Source: Chloroflexota bacterium (GTDB taxonomy: Bacteria > Chloroflexota > Dehalococcoidia > E44-bin15). From it: 64,000 bases of DNA. The stretch is taken from contig JAXHUA010000141.1 of assembly GCA_034189695.1 (NCBI GenBank), positions 3,341 to 67,340 on the forward strand, given 5' to 3'. Within the stretch, counting starts at the first letter, position 1; the number at the start of each line of letters is the position of its first letter. Shown in pieces: positions 33,393-44,700 of the stretch. A program made the translations under genes and the position numbers. The notes beneath the pieces are model-generated. The model was not told the origin of the DNA. It did no database searches and saw only the letters and a list, made by a program, of their open reading frames with translations.

Positions 33393-34384
33393 CGGAATCT
33401 ACCTCCCCTGCCCCCCGCCTGGCGCATCGTCCACTGCCGCTTCATGACCGCCTCTCCACCAGCCTCGTCGCGGATTTCGCGGCCGGTGAGCTTCAGGAAG
33501 ACGTCCTCCAGCGTCGGGCGCCTCATGCTTACGCTGCGGATCTCGGTGCTCAGGGTGCTGACCAGCGACGGTATGAACTGCTCCCCGTCCGCAACCTCGA
33601 AGTAGAACCCCTCCCTGTCCTGCTTCGCATCTATGCCGTGCCTCTGGTGGATCTCCTCCATTGCCCGGTCGTCGTCCAGCGTTCTCAGCGTGATGACGTC
33701 ACCGCCTACCTCTCTCTTGAGCGCGTCGGCGGTGTCCAGGGCCACGATCTTGCCGTAGTCGATAATCGCTATGCGGTCGGCGACCTCGGCCTCGTCCATG
33801 TAGTGCGTAGTCAGAAAGATCGTGATATTCTCACGCTCCCGCAGTTCCAAAATGTAGCTCCAGATGTGGTTCCTCGTCTGAGGGTCCAGTCCGAGGGTGG
33901 GCTCGTCCAGGAAAAGAACCCTGGGGTGATGGAGCAGGCCCCTGGCGATCTCCAAGCGCCGCCTCATACCCCCCGAGTAGACCCGTACCTCCTCATGGCG
34001 CCTGTCCCACAGCTCCACCATGCGCAGGACCTCTTCGATGCGTTGCTTGACCACACTCCGGGGCACGCTGTAAACAAATGCGTGGAACCTCAAGTTCTGA
34101 AGAGCGGTGAGCCGGATATCAAGGCTAGGGTCCTGGAACACCAGGCCCAGCGACTGCCGTACCTGGTTTTGCTGGCGCGTTACATCGAATCCGTTCAGCC
34201 TGGCCGTTCCCGAGGTGGGCTTGGTGAGAGTGCACAGTATGTTTATCGTCGTGGTCTTCCCCGCCCCATTGGGGCCCAGAAAGCCGAAGATCTCCCCTTC
34301 TTGGACTTCAAACGATATGCCGTCTACAGCTACAAGCGGGCCAAACCTCTTGACCAGGTGGTCGACCTCGATGATCTTCTTCAT
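33389..34384 (-). CDS. ABC transporter ATP-binding protein (ABC-2 exporter ATPase with C-terminal extension)
   Basis: Walker A GPNGAGKTT, signature LSGGMRRRLEIA, Walker B VLFLDEPT. Start at ATG 34384 with a GGAAG RBS; the ORF tool extends to 34579. Confidence 0.85.
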   Translation of the reverse strand: MKKIIEVDHLVKRFGPLVAVDGISFEVQEGEIFGFLGPNGAGKTTTINILCTLTKPTSGTARLNGFDVTRQQNQVRQSLGLVFQDPSLDIRLTALQNLRFHAFVYSVPRSVVKQRIEEVLRMVELWDRRHEEVRVYSGGMRRRLEIARGLLHHPRVLFLDEPTLGLDPQTRNHIWSYILELRERENITIFLTTHYMDEAEVADRIAIIDYGKIVALDTADALKREVGGDVITLRTLDDDRAMEEIHQRHGIDAKQDREGFYFEVADGEQFIPSLVSTLSTEIRSVSMRRPTLEDVFLKLTGREIRDEAGGEAVMKRQWTMRQAGGRGGRFR

Positions 34385-34874
34385 TGTGCTTCCGCCGGGC
34401 TTCATCGTCCCCATTGTACCACGCCACTGCCTGCGGCGAACATTCCTCACCCGTCGGCGCTGCCCATGCTCAACTCGGTGCACATACTGTGTGCAATCAC
34501 CCCCTTTGCCCTGTGCCATCCGTTGGCCCCCGACCTGCGACCCCCACAAGCATCTGCCCCCTGACATGCCATGCCCCACTCACTGGCCCAGCCCCTCCGG
34601 AACGCTTCCCCATTATGCACGCCGTTGCACCGTGTAATGCAGCATGTTGCGCACCACACCACTCTACTGCCCCTCCACACCATCTGCACCCACCGCGCCA
34701 CAGCCAATGCACTGATTCGCCCTCGACATCACGCGTCGCCAAGTTTTATTCCACCCGAACCCTTATTACTATCGTTACACTTATCTATATACCCTCTGTT
34801 GTATAATGACAGTACAATGACTCTCGAGACTGTGCAGTGACTTTTCTACCGCGATTGGATATGAGGATTGGCTG

Positions 34875-36134
34875 GTGATAGACAGGGCTGAGATTCACGT
34901 CAAGGCAGGCGATGGTGGGAACGGAGCAGTGAGCTTCCGGCGGGAGAAATACGTTCCGTTCGGTGGGCCCGACGGCGGTGATGGCGGCAACGGGGGGAGT
35001 GTGTACCTTGTGGCGAATAGCCAGTTGTCGAGTCTCCACACGCTGTCGAGGAGAAGGCACTGGAAGGCCGAGCGGGGTGGCGACGGTGGTGGCAGGAAGA
35101 TGCATGGGAGGAAGGGAGCGGACCTGATGATTGAGGTGCCAGCCGGTACAGTGGTGTACCGTAGCCAGGATGACGGCACGGAGGAGTTGGCTGACCTGTC
35201 GGAGGATGGCAGGGCGAAGGTGGTAGCTCATGGTGGCCGGGGCGGGCGGGGGAATGCGCGGTTCGCGACTGCCACCAATCAGGCGCCGCGCATAGCGGAG
35301 AAGGGGGACGTGGGAGAGGAAGTACATCTGCTTCTGGATCTGAAGCTCATTGCAGACGTTGGCATAGTCGGCTATCCCAGCGTGGGCAAGTCCACGCTTC
35401 TGGCAGCAGCATCGGCGGCGAGACCGAAAATAGCGGAGTATCCATTCACTACAACTGAGCCGGCACTCGGGGTTGTGGAGGTGGGGCGTGACACGTTTGT
35501 GCTCGCCGAGATACCCGGTCTCATTGAGGGAGCGCACACGGGAGTGGGATTGGGGGACGAGTTCCTACGACATGCAGAGCGGACAAGGGTGTTGATTCAT
35601 CTGGTCGACGGCACGACGACCAGTGTGGTACATGACATCGCCGCGGTCAACCAGGAACTGCAGCTATACAACGAAGCGCTCGGACGCAGGCCGCAGATAC
35701 TTGCTGTGAACAAAATCGACCTGCCTGAGGTTGAAGGGCGCATGCGCGAACTCAGGGAGACTCTTTCGCGCGAAGGGCAGAAGGTGATGTTCGTGTCGGC
35801 GGCAACCGGGAGGGGTGTCGCGGAGCTGATGGCGAAGGCAGCCGAGATGCTGCAGCGGGTGGCGGGCGAATCCACCGCAGCGCCGGCAAAGGTGGTATTG
35901 CAGCCACCAAGCGTGAGGCCGGCCGTTTCGGTTCGGGAAGAGGGGGGTGTGTTTGTGGTATCGTGCGAGGACGCGGAGCGGCTGGTCGCTCGAATGGACC
36001 TGGCCAGCACTGAAGCCCGCTCCTATGTGAGGCGGCAACTGGGGCGACTGGGAGTGGCACAAGCATTGCGGCGGGCTGGTGCGAAGCCCGGGGATCGCAT
36101 CCGTGTGGCCGACACTGAATTGGAGTGGCAGTAG
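34875..36134 (+). CDS. obg: GTPase Obg
   Basis: Glycine-rich Obg fold (GDGGNGAVSFRREK...GGDGGNGG), G-domain GYPSVGKSTLL, and a C-terminal OCT domain; GTG start. Confidence 0.9.
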   Translation: MIDRAEIHVKAGDGGNGAVSFRREKYVPFGGPDGGDGGNGGSVYLVANSQLSSLHTLSRRRHWKAERGGDGGGRKMHGRKGADLMIEVPAGTVVYRSQDDGTEELADLSEDGRAKVVAHGGRGGRGNARFATATNQAPRIAEKGDVGEEVHLLLDLKLIADVGIVGYPSVGKSTLLAAASAARPKIAEYPFTTTEPALGVVEVGRDTFVLAEIPGLIEGAHTGVGLGDEFLRHAERTRVLIHLVDGTTTSVVHDIAAVNQELQLYNEALGRRPQILAVNKIDLPEVEGRMRELRETLSREGQKVMFVSAATGRGVAELMAKAAEMLQRVAGESTAAPAKVVLQPPSVRPAVSVREEGGVFVVSCEDAERLVARMDLASTEARSYVRRQLGRLGVAQALRRAGAKPGDRIRVADTELEWQ

Positions 36135-36739
36135 TGCGCGTTGGAGTGCTTGGGGGAACCTTCGACCCGATTCACAATGGGCACGTGAAGGTCGCCGAGG
36201 AAGCCAGCGAGAAGCTGAGCCTCGCTCGCGTGCTGTTCGTGCCGGCTGGCGAACCGTGGCTCAAGGGCCACAGGATGCTGACAGGCGCCAGCCATCGGCT
36301 GCAAATGGTGAAGCTTGCGGTCGCGCTCGACAAGCGCTTCGAGGTATCGACCGTGGATCTTGACCGAGCCGGGCCGTCATACACCGAGGACACGCTCTCT
36401 GCACTGCAACGCCGGCTTGGAGCAGACGCCGAGCTGTATTTCATCCTGGGCGCTGATGCGCTCAAGGAGTTCGACAAATGGAGGAACCCGCATCGCATTG
36501 TAGCGATGTGCCACCTCGTGGCACTGAAGAGGCCTCGCTGCCCCTTGCCAGACCTGGCGGGTCTGGAGAGCGCAGTGCCGGGCATCTCAGAGCGCACCAT
36601 CGTCCTCGATAATCAGCCCATCGACATAACATCGAGCGATATCCGGAATCGCGTTCAGCAGGGCCTTCCTATAGCTGACCTGGTGCCGCAGCCTGTGGAG
36701 CGATACATTCGGGAATACTGTCTCTACGGGAATACGTAG
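36134..36739 (+). CDS. nadD: nicotinate-nucleotide adenylyltransferase
   Basis: GGTFDPIHNGH (H/T-x-G-H) and the ISSTxIR-like SSDIRNRV motif; the start overlaps the obg stop (TAGTG). Confidence 0.88.
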   Translation: MRVGVLGGTFDPIHNGHVKVAEEASEKLSLARVLFVPAGEPWLKGHRMLTGASHRLQMVKLAVALDKRFEVSTVDLDRAGPSYTEDTLSALQRRLGADAELYFILGADALKEFDKWRNPHRIVAMCHLVALKRPRCPLPDLAGLESAVPGISERTIVLDNQPIDITSSDIRNRVQQGLPIADLVPQPVERYIREYCLYGNT

Positions 36740-36783
36740 ATGGCCGGAGGTGGCCGCGAGGCACCTTGAGCGGCCCGCATGGC

Positions 36784-37194
36784 CTACGTGTCCGGGGGAG
36801 ACGACACTCCGGAGACCGTTGCTGCGAAGCGCAGATAAAGGAGGTACCGCGCCAGTTCCTCTGTCTCCCGGGGGGATGCACTCCGGAGAAGCTCTTCGCT
36901 GCTCAGCGGCGCTGGCGCAGCCAGGGAGGCGTACCAGTCGAACTCTGGAGTGCAGCCAGCCAGTTGCTGAAGTTGTTGCACGGGCACGGCCAGAATCTTC
37001 GAAAGCTCAAGCATGTCACGCTGGCTAGGGCGCCTCGTCCCGCTCTCGAAGCGGGAGACGAGACTTGATGACCTGCGAAGAGACTCGGCCAACTGCAACT
37101 GCGTCATGCCCTGATCATGCCTTCGCCGTCTAATCAACTCTCCACATTGACTCCACTGATTGGTCATGATGAAGTACCTTCCTTGATGCGCCAA
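36784..37194 (-). CDS. XRE-family helix-turn-helix transcriptional regulator
   Basis: HTH_XRE (IRRRRHDQGMTQLQLAESLRRSSSLVSRFESGTRRPS); transcribed divergently from pyrE. Confidence 0.75.
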   Translation of the reverse strand: MAHQGRYFIMTNQWSQCGELIRRRRHDQGMTQLQLAESLRRSSSLVSRFESGTRRPSQRDMLELSKILAVPVQQLQQLAGCTPEFDWYASLAAPAPLSSEELLRSASPRETEELARYLLYLRFAATVSGVSSPPDT

Positions 37195-37214
37195 CTAGCT
37201 ATTCTACAGAGGCA

Positions 37215-37257
37215 TGACAATTTGTCAATGCTTTTACTGTAAGGACTTGACAATCCA
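37215..37257. promoter_or_regulatory. operator-like palindrome TGACAA-T-TTGTCA plus a TTGACAAT half-site in the divergent XRE/pyrE intergenic region
   Basis: A perfect 13-bp palindrome at 37215-37227 and a repeat of TTGACAAT at 37247-37254, within an AT-rich 80-bp region between divergent genes. Confidence 0.5.
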
Positions 37258-37317
37258 TCATCAAACACCGTAGAATTGGCGAGACAGGTTTGCGGGGCAC
37301 AGGTTCGGAGGTGTATA

Positions 37318-37956
37318 ATGGTTGTATCTTCCTTGAGGTGCAACGTGGGCCATGACCGCAGGCGGCTGATCCAAGAGGTGGTGACGGAGCACGCGCTGCT
37401 GCGCGGCGACTTCACTCTGTCATCCGGCGAGCAGTCGGACTACTACTTCGATGGTAAGATGGCGACGACGTTGCCCCAAGCCGCCTACCTCATTGCGCAG
37501 GAGGTATTTGAACTCATCAGGGGACAGGGCATTTCGGCCGTGGGAGGGTTGGCCATCGGGGCGGATCTCATTGTGGCGGCGGTTGCCATCGTCAGCTACC
37601 TGGAAGGCGAACCCATGCCCGCCTTCGTCATAAGGCACCAGGCAAAAGGGCACGGAACCGGGAAGCTGATCGAAGGCCAGTTCCCCAAGGTCAAGGGCGC
37701 GAGGGTAGCAGTAGTTGATGACGTCATGACGAAGGGCGGCTCGGTATTGAAGGGCATAAGGGCTGTGGAAGAGGAAGGCGCGCAAGTCGCGAAGGTCGTC
37801 GTGCTGCTCGACCGGCGCCAAGGGGGAACGGAGAGGCTCCTTGCCGAAGGCTATGATGTGGTGGCGATCCTTCATGGAAGCGAACACGGGGACGTAAGAG
37901 CCAATGAGTGTATGGAAGTTGCGCGACAAGCTACAGGAGGGTCTGCACCAAGATAA
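37318..37956 (+). CDS. pyrE: orotate phosphoribosyltransferase
   Basis: GDFTLSSGEQSDYYFDG, the PRPP-binding VAVVDDVMTKGGS, and conservation relative to E. coli PyrE. The ATG at 37318 follows a GGAGGTG RBS; the ORF tool opens at 37276. Confidence 0.8.
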   Translation: MVVSSLRCNVGHDRRRLIQEVVTEHALLRGDFTLSSGEQSDYYFDGKMATTLPQAAYLIAQEVFELIRGQGISAVGGLAIGADLIVAAVAIVSYLEGEPMPAFVIRHQAKGHGTGKLIEGQFPKVKGARVAVVDDVMTKGGSVLKGIRAVEEEGAQVAKVVVLLDRRQGGTERLLAEGYDVVAILHGSEHGDVRANECMEVARQATGGSAPR

Positions 37957-38236
37957 TCTTTGGAAGCTTGGTTCGCTTGCCCGCGAATTGGCAATGGATG
38001 ATCCGCATCCATTGCCATTCTTTGTCCTTAGCGAGGTGTTCCTCGAGATTGCCCAGCAGTGGGATGAGGTGCCTGTAGTTGCTGAAGTCGCCAGCCAAGT
38101 GAGGTCGTCTGTCCAGGCGCCGCTTGCAGAGGTTCTTGACGGACTGGAGAACGGTATCCCTCAAGACGACCTGTTCGATTGTCTGGAGAGACTTGTATCG
38201 GCATTGCTGTCGGTCCTTCGCGTATCGAACACCTAG
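37904..38236 (+). CDS. hypothetical small acidic protein (lower-GC); start uncertain
   Basis: 110-aa ORF overlapping the pyrE 3' end; an alternative ATG is at 37994; no recognisable domain; local GC is lower than in flanking genes. Confidence 0.3.
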   Translation: MSVWKLRDKLQEGLHQDNLWKLGSLARELAMDDPHPLPFFVLSEVFLEIAQQWDEVPVVAEVASQVRSSVQAPLAEVLDGLENGIPQDDLFDCLERLVSALLSVLRVSNT

Positions 38237-38408
38237 GTTCGTGCCGGGCATCTCAGAGCGCACTATCGTCCTCGACAATCAGCCCATCGACATAACATCG
38301 AGCGGTATCCGCAATCGCGTTGAGCAGGGCCTTCCTATAGCTGACCTGGTGCCGCCAGCTGTGAATGACTACATCGCCAAGCACAGCCTGTACACGCGCT
38401 CACCCTAG
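38237..38408 (+). pseudogene. duplicated 3'-terminal fragment of nadD (about 96% nt identity to 36575-36695)
   Basis: The DNA at 38241-38361 nearly duplicates the nadD 3' end; the translated fragment VPGISERTIVLDNQPIDITSSGIRNRVEQGLPIADLVP matches NadD residues 150-190; there is no N-terminal catalytic part. Confidence 0.8.
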
Positions 38409-38536
38409 CGAGCCCGGCGGGGAGAAGCGCCAGCGGACCCCGTCGTTCCCCATACTCACCCCAGAGAGCCACAATACACACTCCCTATTCCTGTAGTCCC
38501 ATAGCGACCAGTGTGTGCTTTTCAGGTCTCTACCTA

Positions 38537-38565
38537 TTGACAACGAAAGTTAAATATGCTATATC
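38537..38565 (+). promoter_or_regulatory. sigma-70 promoter (TTGACA-17-TATATC) with an approximately 225-nt leader upstream of the giant PAS-GGDEF gene
   Basis: TTGACA at 38537-42, a 17-nt spacer, and TATATC at 38560-65, in an AT-rich stretch; a short uORF (MEYQVPQFG) lies in the leader. Confidence 0.5.
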
Positions 38566-38793
38566 TTATCTGATACTACTTGTTGTTATCATGGAATACC
38601 AGGTGCCTCAATTCGGATGAAGGAGGCAGCGCGAATAAGGGGGAGAGGGAGGTGTTACAGGTATAGCGAGCGGGCGGGAGCTAATGGCCAAGGATGAAGC
38701 TGGCGAGGGGCATGCTGCGGCGTTGGCCGTTGTGTCATCTGGCTGGACAGGCCACACCGCACGGCGGGGCAATGTCCGTTGGAGGGGTCGCGG

Positions 38794-41700
38794 ATGCAGC
38801 ATGACGGCACGAAAAACCGAATAGCGCCTGATCAAAACGGCAAAGACGACAGCCACAGTGCCGACGAGGTGCTGATGCTGTCGCGATGCGCCATGGACCT
38901 GGTGGAGCTGTCGCCAGATGATGACGTTTTCCACTTCATTGGTGAGCGGCTTCTTGAACTGGCCGGGGACTGCTACATTGTCGTGAACTCTTTTGATGAG
39001 GCGACAGGACAATTCTGCCTTCGACACGTGCTCGGTGCGAGGCAGCCAGTGCAGGCGATAGCGAGGGTAATGGGCCGACACCCCGTCGGCCTGTCAGTCC
39101 CCATCCGCAGCGAGGGGCGCCGGGGACTGACAACCGGCAGGCTGGAGCTGGTGCCGGGAGGACTGTATGAGATTGGCGCCGGCAGTATGCCCCGGCGTGT
39201 GTGCAGAGGTATCGAGATGGCACTGGGCGTGGCCCATTGGCATGCCATCGGTTTCGCGTGGCGAGGGCAGCTCTTCGGCAGCGCCATTGTGGCAACGCGC
39301 AAGCCGCCGCCGCCGAGGACAGTCAGGCTTATCGAGGCTTTCATCAAGGAGGCCTCAGTGGCATTGCAGCGCTGGCTGGCCGAAGAGGCCCTGAGGAAGG
39401 CGCATGCAGATTTGGAGCAGCGCGTTGAGGAGCGCACCAGGGAGCTATCCGATGCCGTGTCGCGACTGGAGGCGGAGATCGCGGAGCGCGCCAAGGCGGA
39501 GGAGCAGTTGAAGCGGGAGCGCACCGCCCGTGACGCCATAGTCAGTTTGAACCCCTACGCTATATCGATGTACGACTCTGAGGGGCACTTCACCAGCGGG
39601 AATCAGGCGTTCCAGGAGCTGTTCGGGTCAACGCCGCCCAGTGACTACTCCCTTTTCACCGACCCGATCCTCCTGGCCAACGGCTATCTGGAAGAACTCC
39701 TGAAGCTGAAGAAGGGCGAAGCGGTTCCCCTTCCCGCTGTGTGGTACAACCCGCACTTGGTCAGGGCCGACGTGCCCGATGCCCCGCGCTACGTGCGCGG
39801 CGTGGCATTCCCCATCAAGGGCGGCGGCGACGAGATCCGCGGCATAGTCGCTATGCATGAGGACGTCAGCGAGAGCACGCGTCGCGACGAGGAGTTGCAC
39901 CTGAAAGACTGCGCGCTCGCGGCGTCAATCAATGCCATCGCCCTGGCCGACTCAGATGGAAGGCTGACCTACGTCAATGCGGCGTTCCTGAAGCTGTGGG
40001 GGTACGATGACGACAAGCAGGTCATCGGGCGCCCCTCCAGGGAGTTCTGGCAGGCGAGCAGGAACCTCGCCGGGCATGCCGGGGCGAAGCCCGGCGGATG
40101 GCGCGGCGAGGCGATTGGAGTGAACAGGGAAGGCGCTGCCTTCGTTGTCGAGCTTTCGGCAAGCGTCGTGACTGACGGCGACGGCCAACCCGGCTTCACG
40201 ATGGCCTCGTTCATCGATGTGACGGAACGGAGGCGGCTGGAGGACGTCCTTCGGGAGTCGGAGGAGCTCTCAAGGGGGATGCTCAGCGCAGCCCGCGCCG
40301 CTGTATACATCGTGCAGGACGGCTGTTTCCTGTATGTCAATCCTCAGTTTGAGCAGATAACGGGTCGCGCCATGGCCGAGCTGTCTGGAGCGCATTGTCT
40401 CGAACATGTCCACCCCGACGACAGGAAGGCGGTGAGGCAGAAGGCCGTAGAGCAGCTCAAGGGTCAGAGCACCCCCCCATACGAGTTCAGGTACATGTGC
40501 AAGGACGGCAGGACGCTGCATCTCATGGAGAAGGTGGCGTCCATCATGTACAAGGGGAAGCCCACCACCGTTGGAAGCTTCATGGATGTCACCGACCTGA
40601 AGCGTGCCCAGGACGAACTGTCGCGGAGCGAGGAACGGTATCGCAGCCTCATCGAAACGGCGGGAGCGGGGGTGGCTACGGTGGACCATGAGGGGAGACT
40701 GGCGTTCGTCAACGGCGCTCTCTGCGCCATGGTGGGCCGAGCCGAAGACGAGCTTCTTGGAGAACCCGTGACCGACCTGGTGCATGCTGACGACCGGCCC
40801 AAGATCGCCGGTCTGCTCGGCAAGGTGTCCGGGACACTTCTATCGGGCAGGGTGGTTGAGTTCAGGGCGATTCACCGGGACGGGCATGTAGTATGGTGCC
40901 ACACGTGTCCCACCATGGTCCGGCGGGAGGACGGGACGGCTGGCTTCAACGCCATCATCCATGACGTCACCGAACGGAAGCTGCTTGAGGACCGCTTCAG
41001 GTCGCTCATTGAGCACGCGTTCGACGTGATCGAGATCCTGGACGAGAGTGGCATTATCCAGTACGCGAGCCCGGCGGTGGAGAGCGGGCTGGGGTACAAG
41101 CCCGAGGAGGTGCTGGGGCAGAACGCCCGCGCCTTTCTGCACCCAGATGACGCGGGGAGACTGGGAAGCCTCCTGGCGGAGCTGGTTGAAGACCCTGGGG
41201 GCACCAGCCGCACTCAGTTCAGGTGCCGCCACAAGGACGGGTCGTGGCGCCACCTCGCCGTCGTGGGGCAGAACCATCTTGACGACCCGGCAGTAGCCGG
41301 CATCGTCGTGAACGCCCGGGATATCACGGAAAGCAAGCTGGCTGATGAGGCGGTCAGGCGGAGCCAGAGGGAACTGCTGCAGATTGTCGATGGAAGTTCC
41401 ATTCCCATGTTTGTCGTCAACAGTGAGCATGTTGTCACGCACTGGAACAGGGCGTGCGAGAACCTCACCGGCATGCTCGCGGCGGATGTAGTAGGCACCA
41501 GCGAGCACTGGGCCCCGTTCTACCCTGAGTCACGGCCCCTGATGGCCGATCTGGTAGCCGACAACGTGCCACAGGGCGAGATGGCCGAGCACTACAACGG
41601 CCGGTTCGCTCGCTCCACCCTGGTAGAGGGCGCGTTCGAAGCGGAGGGCTTCTTCCCGAAACTTGGGGAGCAGGGCAAGTGGCTGTACTTCACCGCAGCG

Positions 41701-44700
41701 CCGTTGCGAGACGACGACGGCCACACTGTCGGCGCCATAGAGACGCTGCACGACACCACGGACCGAAGGCGAGCAGAGGAAGACCTCTTCGAGAGCGAGG
41801 AGAAGTACCGGCACCTGTTTGGCAATGCCCAGGCAGCGCTCTACCGGACCAGCGTATCCGACGGCAGGGTCCTTGAGTGCAATGAGGTTTACGCGCGGCT
41901 CCTCGGCTATGACAGCCGCGAGCAGTGCCTCGCCGAGCGCGTCGCATCGCACCACTACTTGGACCACGGCACCCGTGACCGCCTGTTGCGACAACTCCGA
42001 GAACAGGGCGAGATCAGGGACGCCGAGGTCGAGGTCACTCGCCGTGACGGTACACCAGTCTGGTTGAGCTACTCGGCGCGGCTCTACGCCGAGAGAGACT
42101 GCATCGAAGGGGCCGTCATAGACATTACGGAAAGCAAGAAGGCGCAGGAAGCCCTTCGTCTCTCCGAAGAGCGATACCGGCTGCTCATCGAGAATGCCAA
42201 CGAGGCCATCATAGTGGCCCAGGACGGGGCATTCAAGTACGCCAACGCCAAAGCCGGAGAGATGACGGGCCTCTCGCTGGAGGAACTGGCGGCAACACCC
42301 TTCATGGATGTTATCCACCCGGACGACCGCCAGCTGGTGGCCGAGCGTCACATGCGCCGTCTCCAGGGCGAAGAGTTCGAACACGTCTACTCCTTCCGGA
42401 TGGTGGACCGGGAGGGGAACATCAAGTGGGTGCAGATAAACGCAGTGCTGATGGAATGGCAAGGCAGGCCGGCCACTCTGAATCTCCTCACCGACGTCAC
42501 GGAGAAGAAGGAGGCGGAGAACCAGCTGCGCGAGAGCGAAAGCCGCTACCGCCTTCTCGCTGAGAACGTGACCGATGTCATCTGGACGCTGGATGACAAG
42601 CTCAAGTACACGTATCTGAGTCCTTCTGTCGAACGTCTGCTGGGCTTCACCGTTGAGGAGGCCTGTGCCAAGACCCTTGAAGACAGGCTGACGCCGGACT
42701 CGCTGGGAGTGGTGAGGAAGGCGATGGAGGAGGAGTTGCTCAAGGCGGGCCCGCCGTATCGGACGACGTCGACCATGGAACTGGAGCAGTACCGAAAGGA
42801 CGGCTCGACAGTGTGGACTGAGGCCAGCATGACTCTTCTCCGCGACGCGAATGACGAAGTGCAGGGAATGCTGGGCATCACGCGTGACATCAGCGAGCGC
42901 AAGCAGGCCGAGGAGGCGGTGCGTGAGAGCGAGGCGCGCTTCCGGCGGTTTGTAGGGAACGCCCCCGACATCACCTTTCGCTGGTCGGTGGAGGAGGGCC
43001 TCGAGTACGTAAGTGCCAGTGCACTCCGTGTGACAGGCTACACGCCTGAGGAGCTGCTCACCGACCCGGAGCTGGCGGCGGGGATATCCAGGGCCCGCGA
43101 CCTCGACATGGGGCTTGACTACCGCCAGGCAGCCGCGGAGGGACATGCGCTGCCGCCACGGGAGTTTGCCTTCGCGCGGCGCGGTGGCGGCGAGGCGTAT
43201 CTGGAGATACGGGCCGTGCCTCTGGTTGACGGCAGCGGGGAACTTACCGCCTTCGAAGGCATCCTGCGGGACATCACCGAGCGCAAACAGGTCGAGGAAG
43301 CGCTGCGGCGCAGCGAGGAATTCAGTTCAAGCCTGCTGGCGAACGCGCCGAGCGCCATTCTGGTGGTCAATCCGGATAGCTCCATACGCTACGTCAATCC
43401 GGCGTTGGAGGAACTCACTGGCTTCTCCGCAGGTGAACTCATGGGCAGCGGGCCTCCCTACCCCTGGTGGACCGTAGACGCCCTCGAGCGAACGGGGCGA
43501 GACCTGATGGATGCCATCCCGAGGGGCGCTCGAGGGCTCGAGCAGTTGTACCGGAAGAAGAACGGGGAGGACTTCTGGGTCGAGCTCACCGCCGTTCCCA
43601 TCATCGAGACCGACGGAGAGCTGAAGTATCATCTGGTCACCTGGGTCGATATCACCGAGCGCAAGCAGGGAGAGGAAGCGCTGCGGCACTCCGAGTACAA
43701 GTATCGCACCGCCATCGAGTCGGCCAGAGACGGGGTGCTTATCCTCAACCGCGATTGGGTCATCGTTGATGCCAACAGGATGTCCGTCAGCAGCGTGGGC
43801 TACGACTACAAAGAGCAGCTAGTTGGGAGGAGTATCGCCGATGTCGTGGACGACGATACTGCAGGTGGGCTGGGCGAGACGCTGCGGGGGACCCTGGAGA
43901 AACACGGCTACCTGGCGAACCTTGAGGTGACGGCGCGCACCAGGGACGCGAGAAGCTTGCCGGTGCAGGTGAACATCTCACAGGTTCTTGACCGCTGGGG
44001 TGAGCCGACCAGCTACATGGTTGTGGTGAGGGACGTCAGCGAGCGCAAGCGGGCCGAAGAGGCGGCCCAGCGGTACACCAGAAACCTCGAGGCGCTGCAC
44101 GCTATCAGTATTGCTGTGAGCCAGACTTTGGACCTGGACGAGATGCTGGAGAGCGCGCTGGACAAGGTGCTCAAGGTGACCGGGACGGACGCCGGCTACA
44201 TACATCTCTTCGATGCCGAACGCCGGGAGTTGGTGCTTAAGGCGCATCGTGGGTTGTCCGAGCGCTACGTGGCCGCCATTGAGACCATGGGCGTGAGCGA
44301 GGAAGCCATGAAGCGCTGGCACGACGCCTATCCGGAGCCGGCCTTCAGGATGCGGCGCATTCTGAGCGAGCCGTCTTTCGCAGCTGCGAACTCTGCTGGG
44401 CGGGAGGAGAGCATTCACACCAGCGTGGCGGTCCCGCTCTGGTCCAAGTCAGTGATGCACGGGGGACTGACCCTTGTTTCGCATGCGCGTCGTCGGTTCA
44501 AGCCCGAGGAGCTGGAGCTTCTCGAGGCCATCGGCAACGAGATAGCGGTGGGGATTGAGAATGCCAAGCTGTTGGAGAGGACGAAGGAGCTTTCCGCTAC
44601 CGACGAGTTGACCGGCCTGTACAACCGCCGCCAGTTCTTCGAGCTACTGGAAGGCGAGTTGAACCGGATGCACCGCTACGGCGGCTCGTTCACTCTGGCC

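Noticed and set aside
34384-34806. 140-aa ORF (MCFRRASSSPLYHATACGEHSSPV...) in the abc/obg intergenic region
   Set aside because: Low-complexity Pro/His/Ala/Cys composition arising from the C-rich tract; no RBS; overlapped by other equally poor ORFs. Treated as non-coding.
37276-37956. PRTase as a defence or toxin effector (ShosT/retron-type PRTase) paired with the XRE gene
   Set aside because: The sequence aligns along its length with bona fide orotate phosphoribosyltransferase (PRPP loop VAVVDDVMTKGGS, GDFTLSSGEQSDYYFD). It is single-domain and of PyrE length, so it was called housekeeping pyrE.
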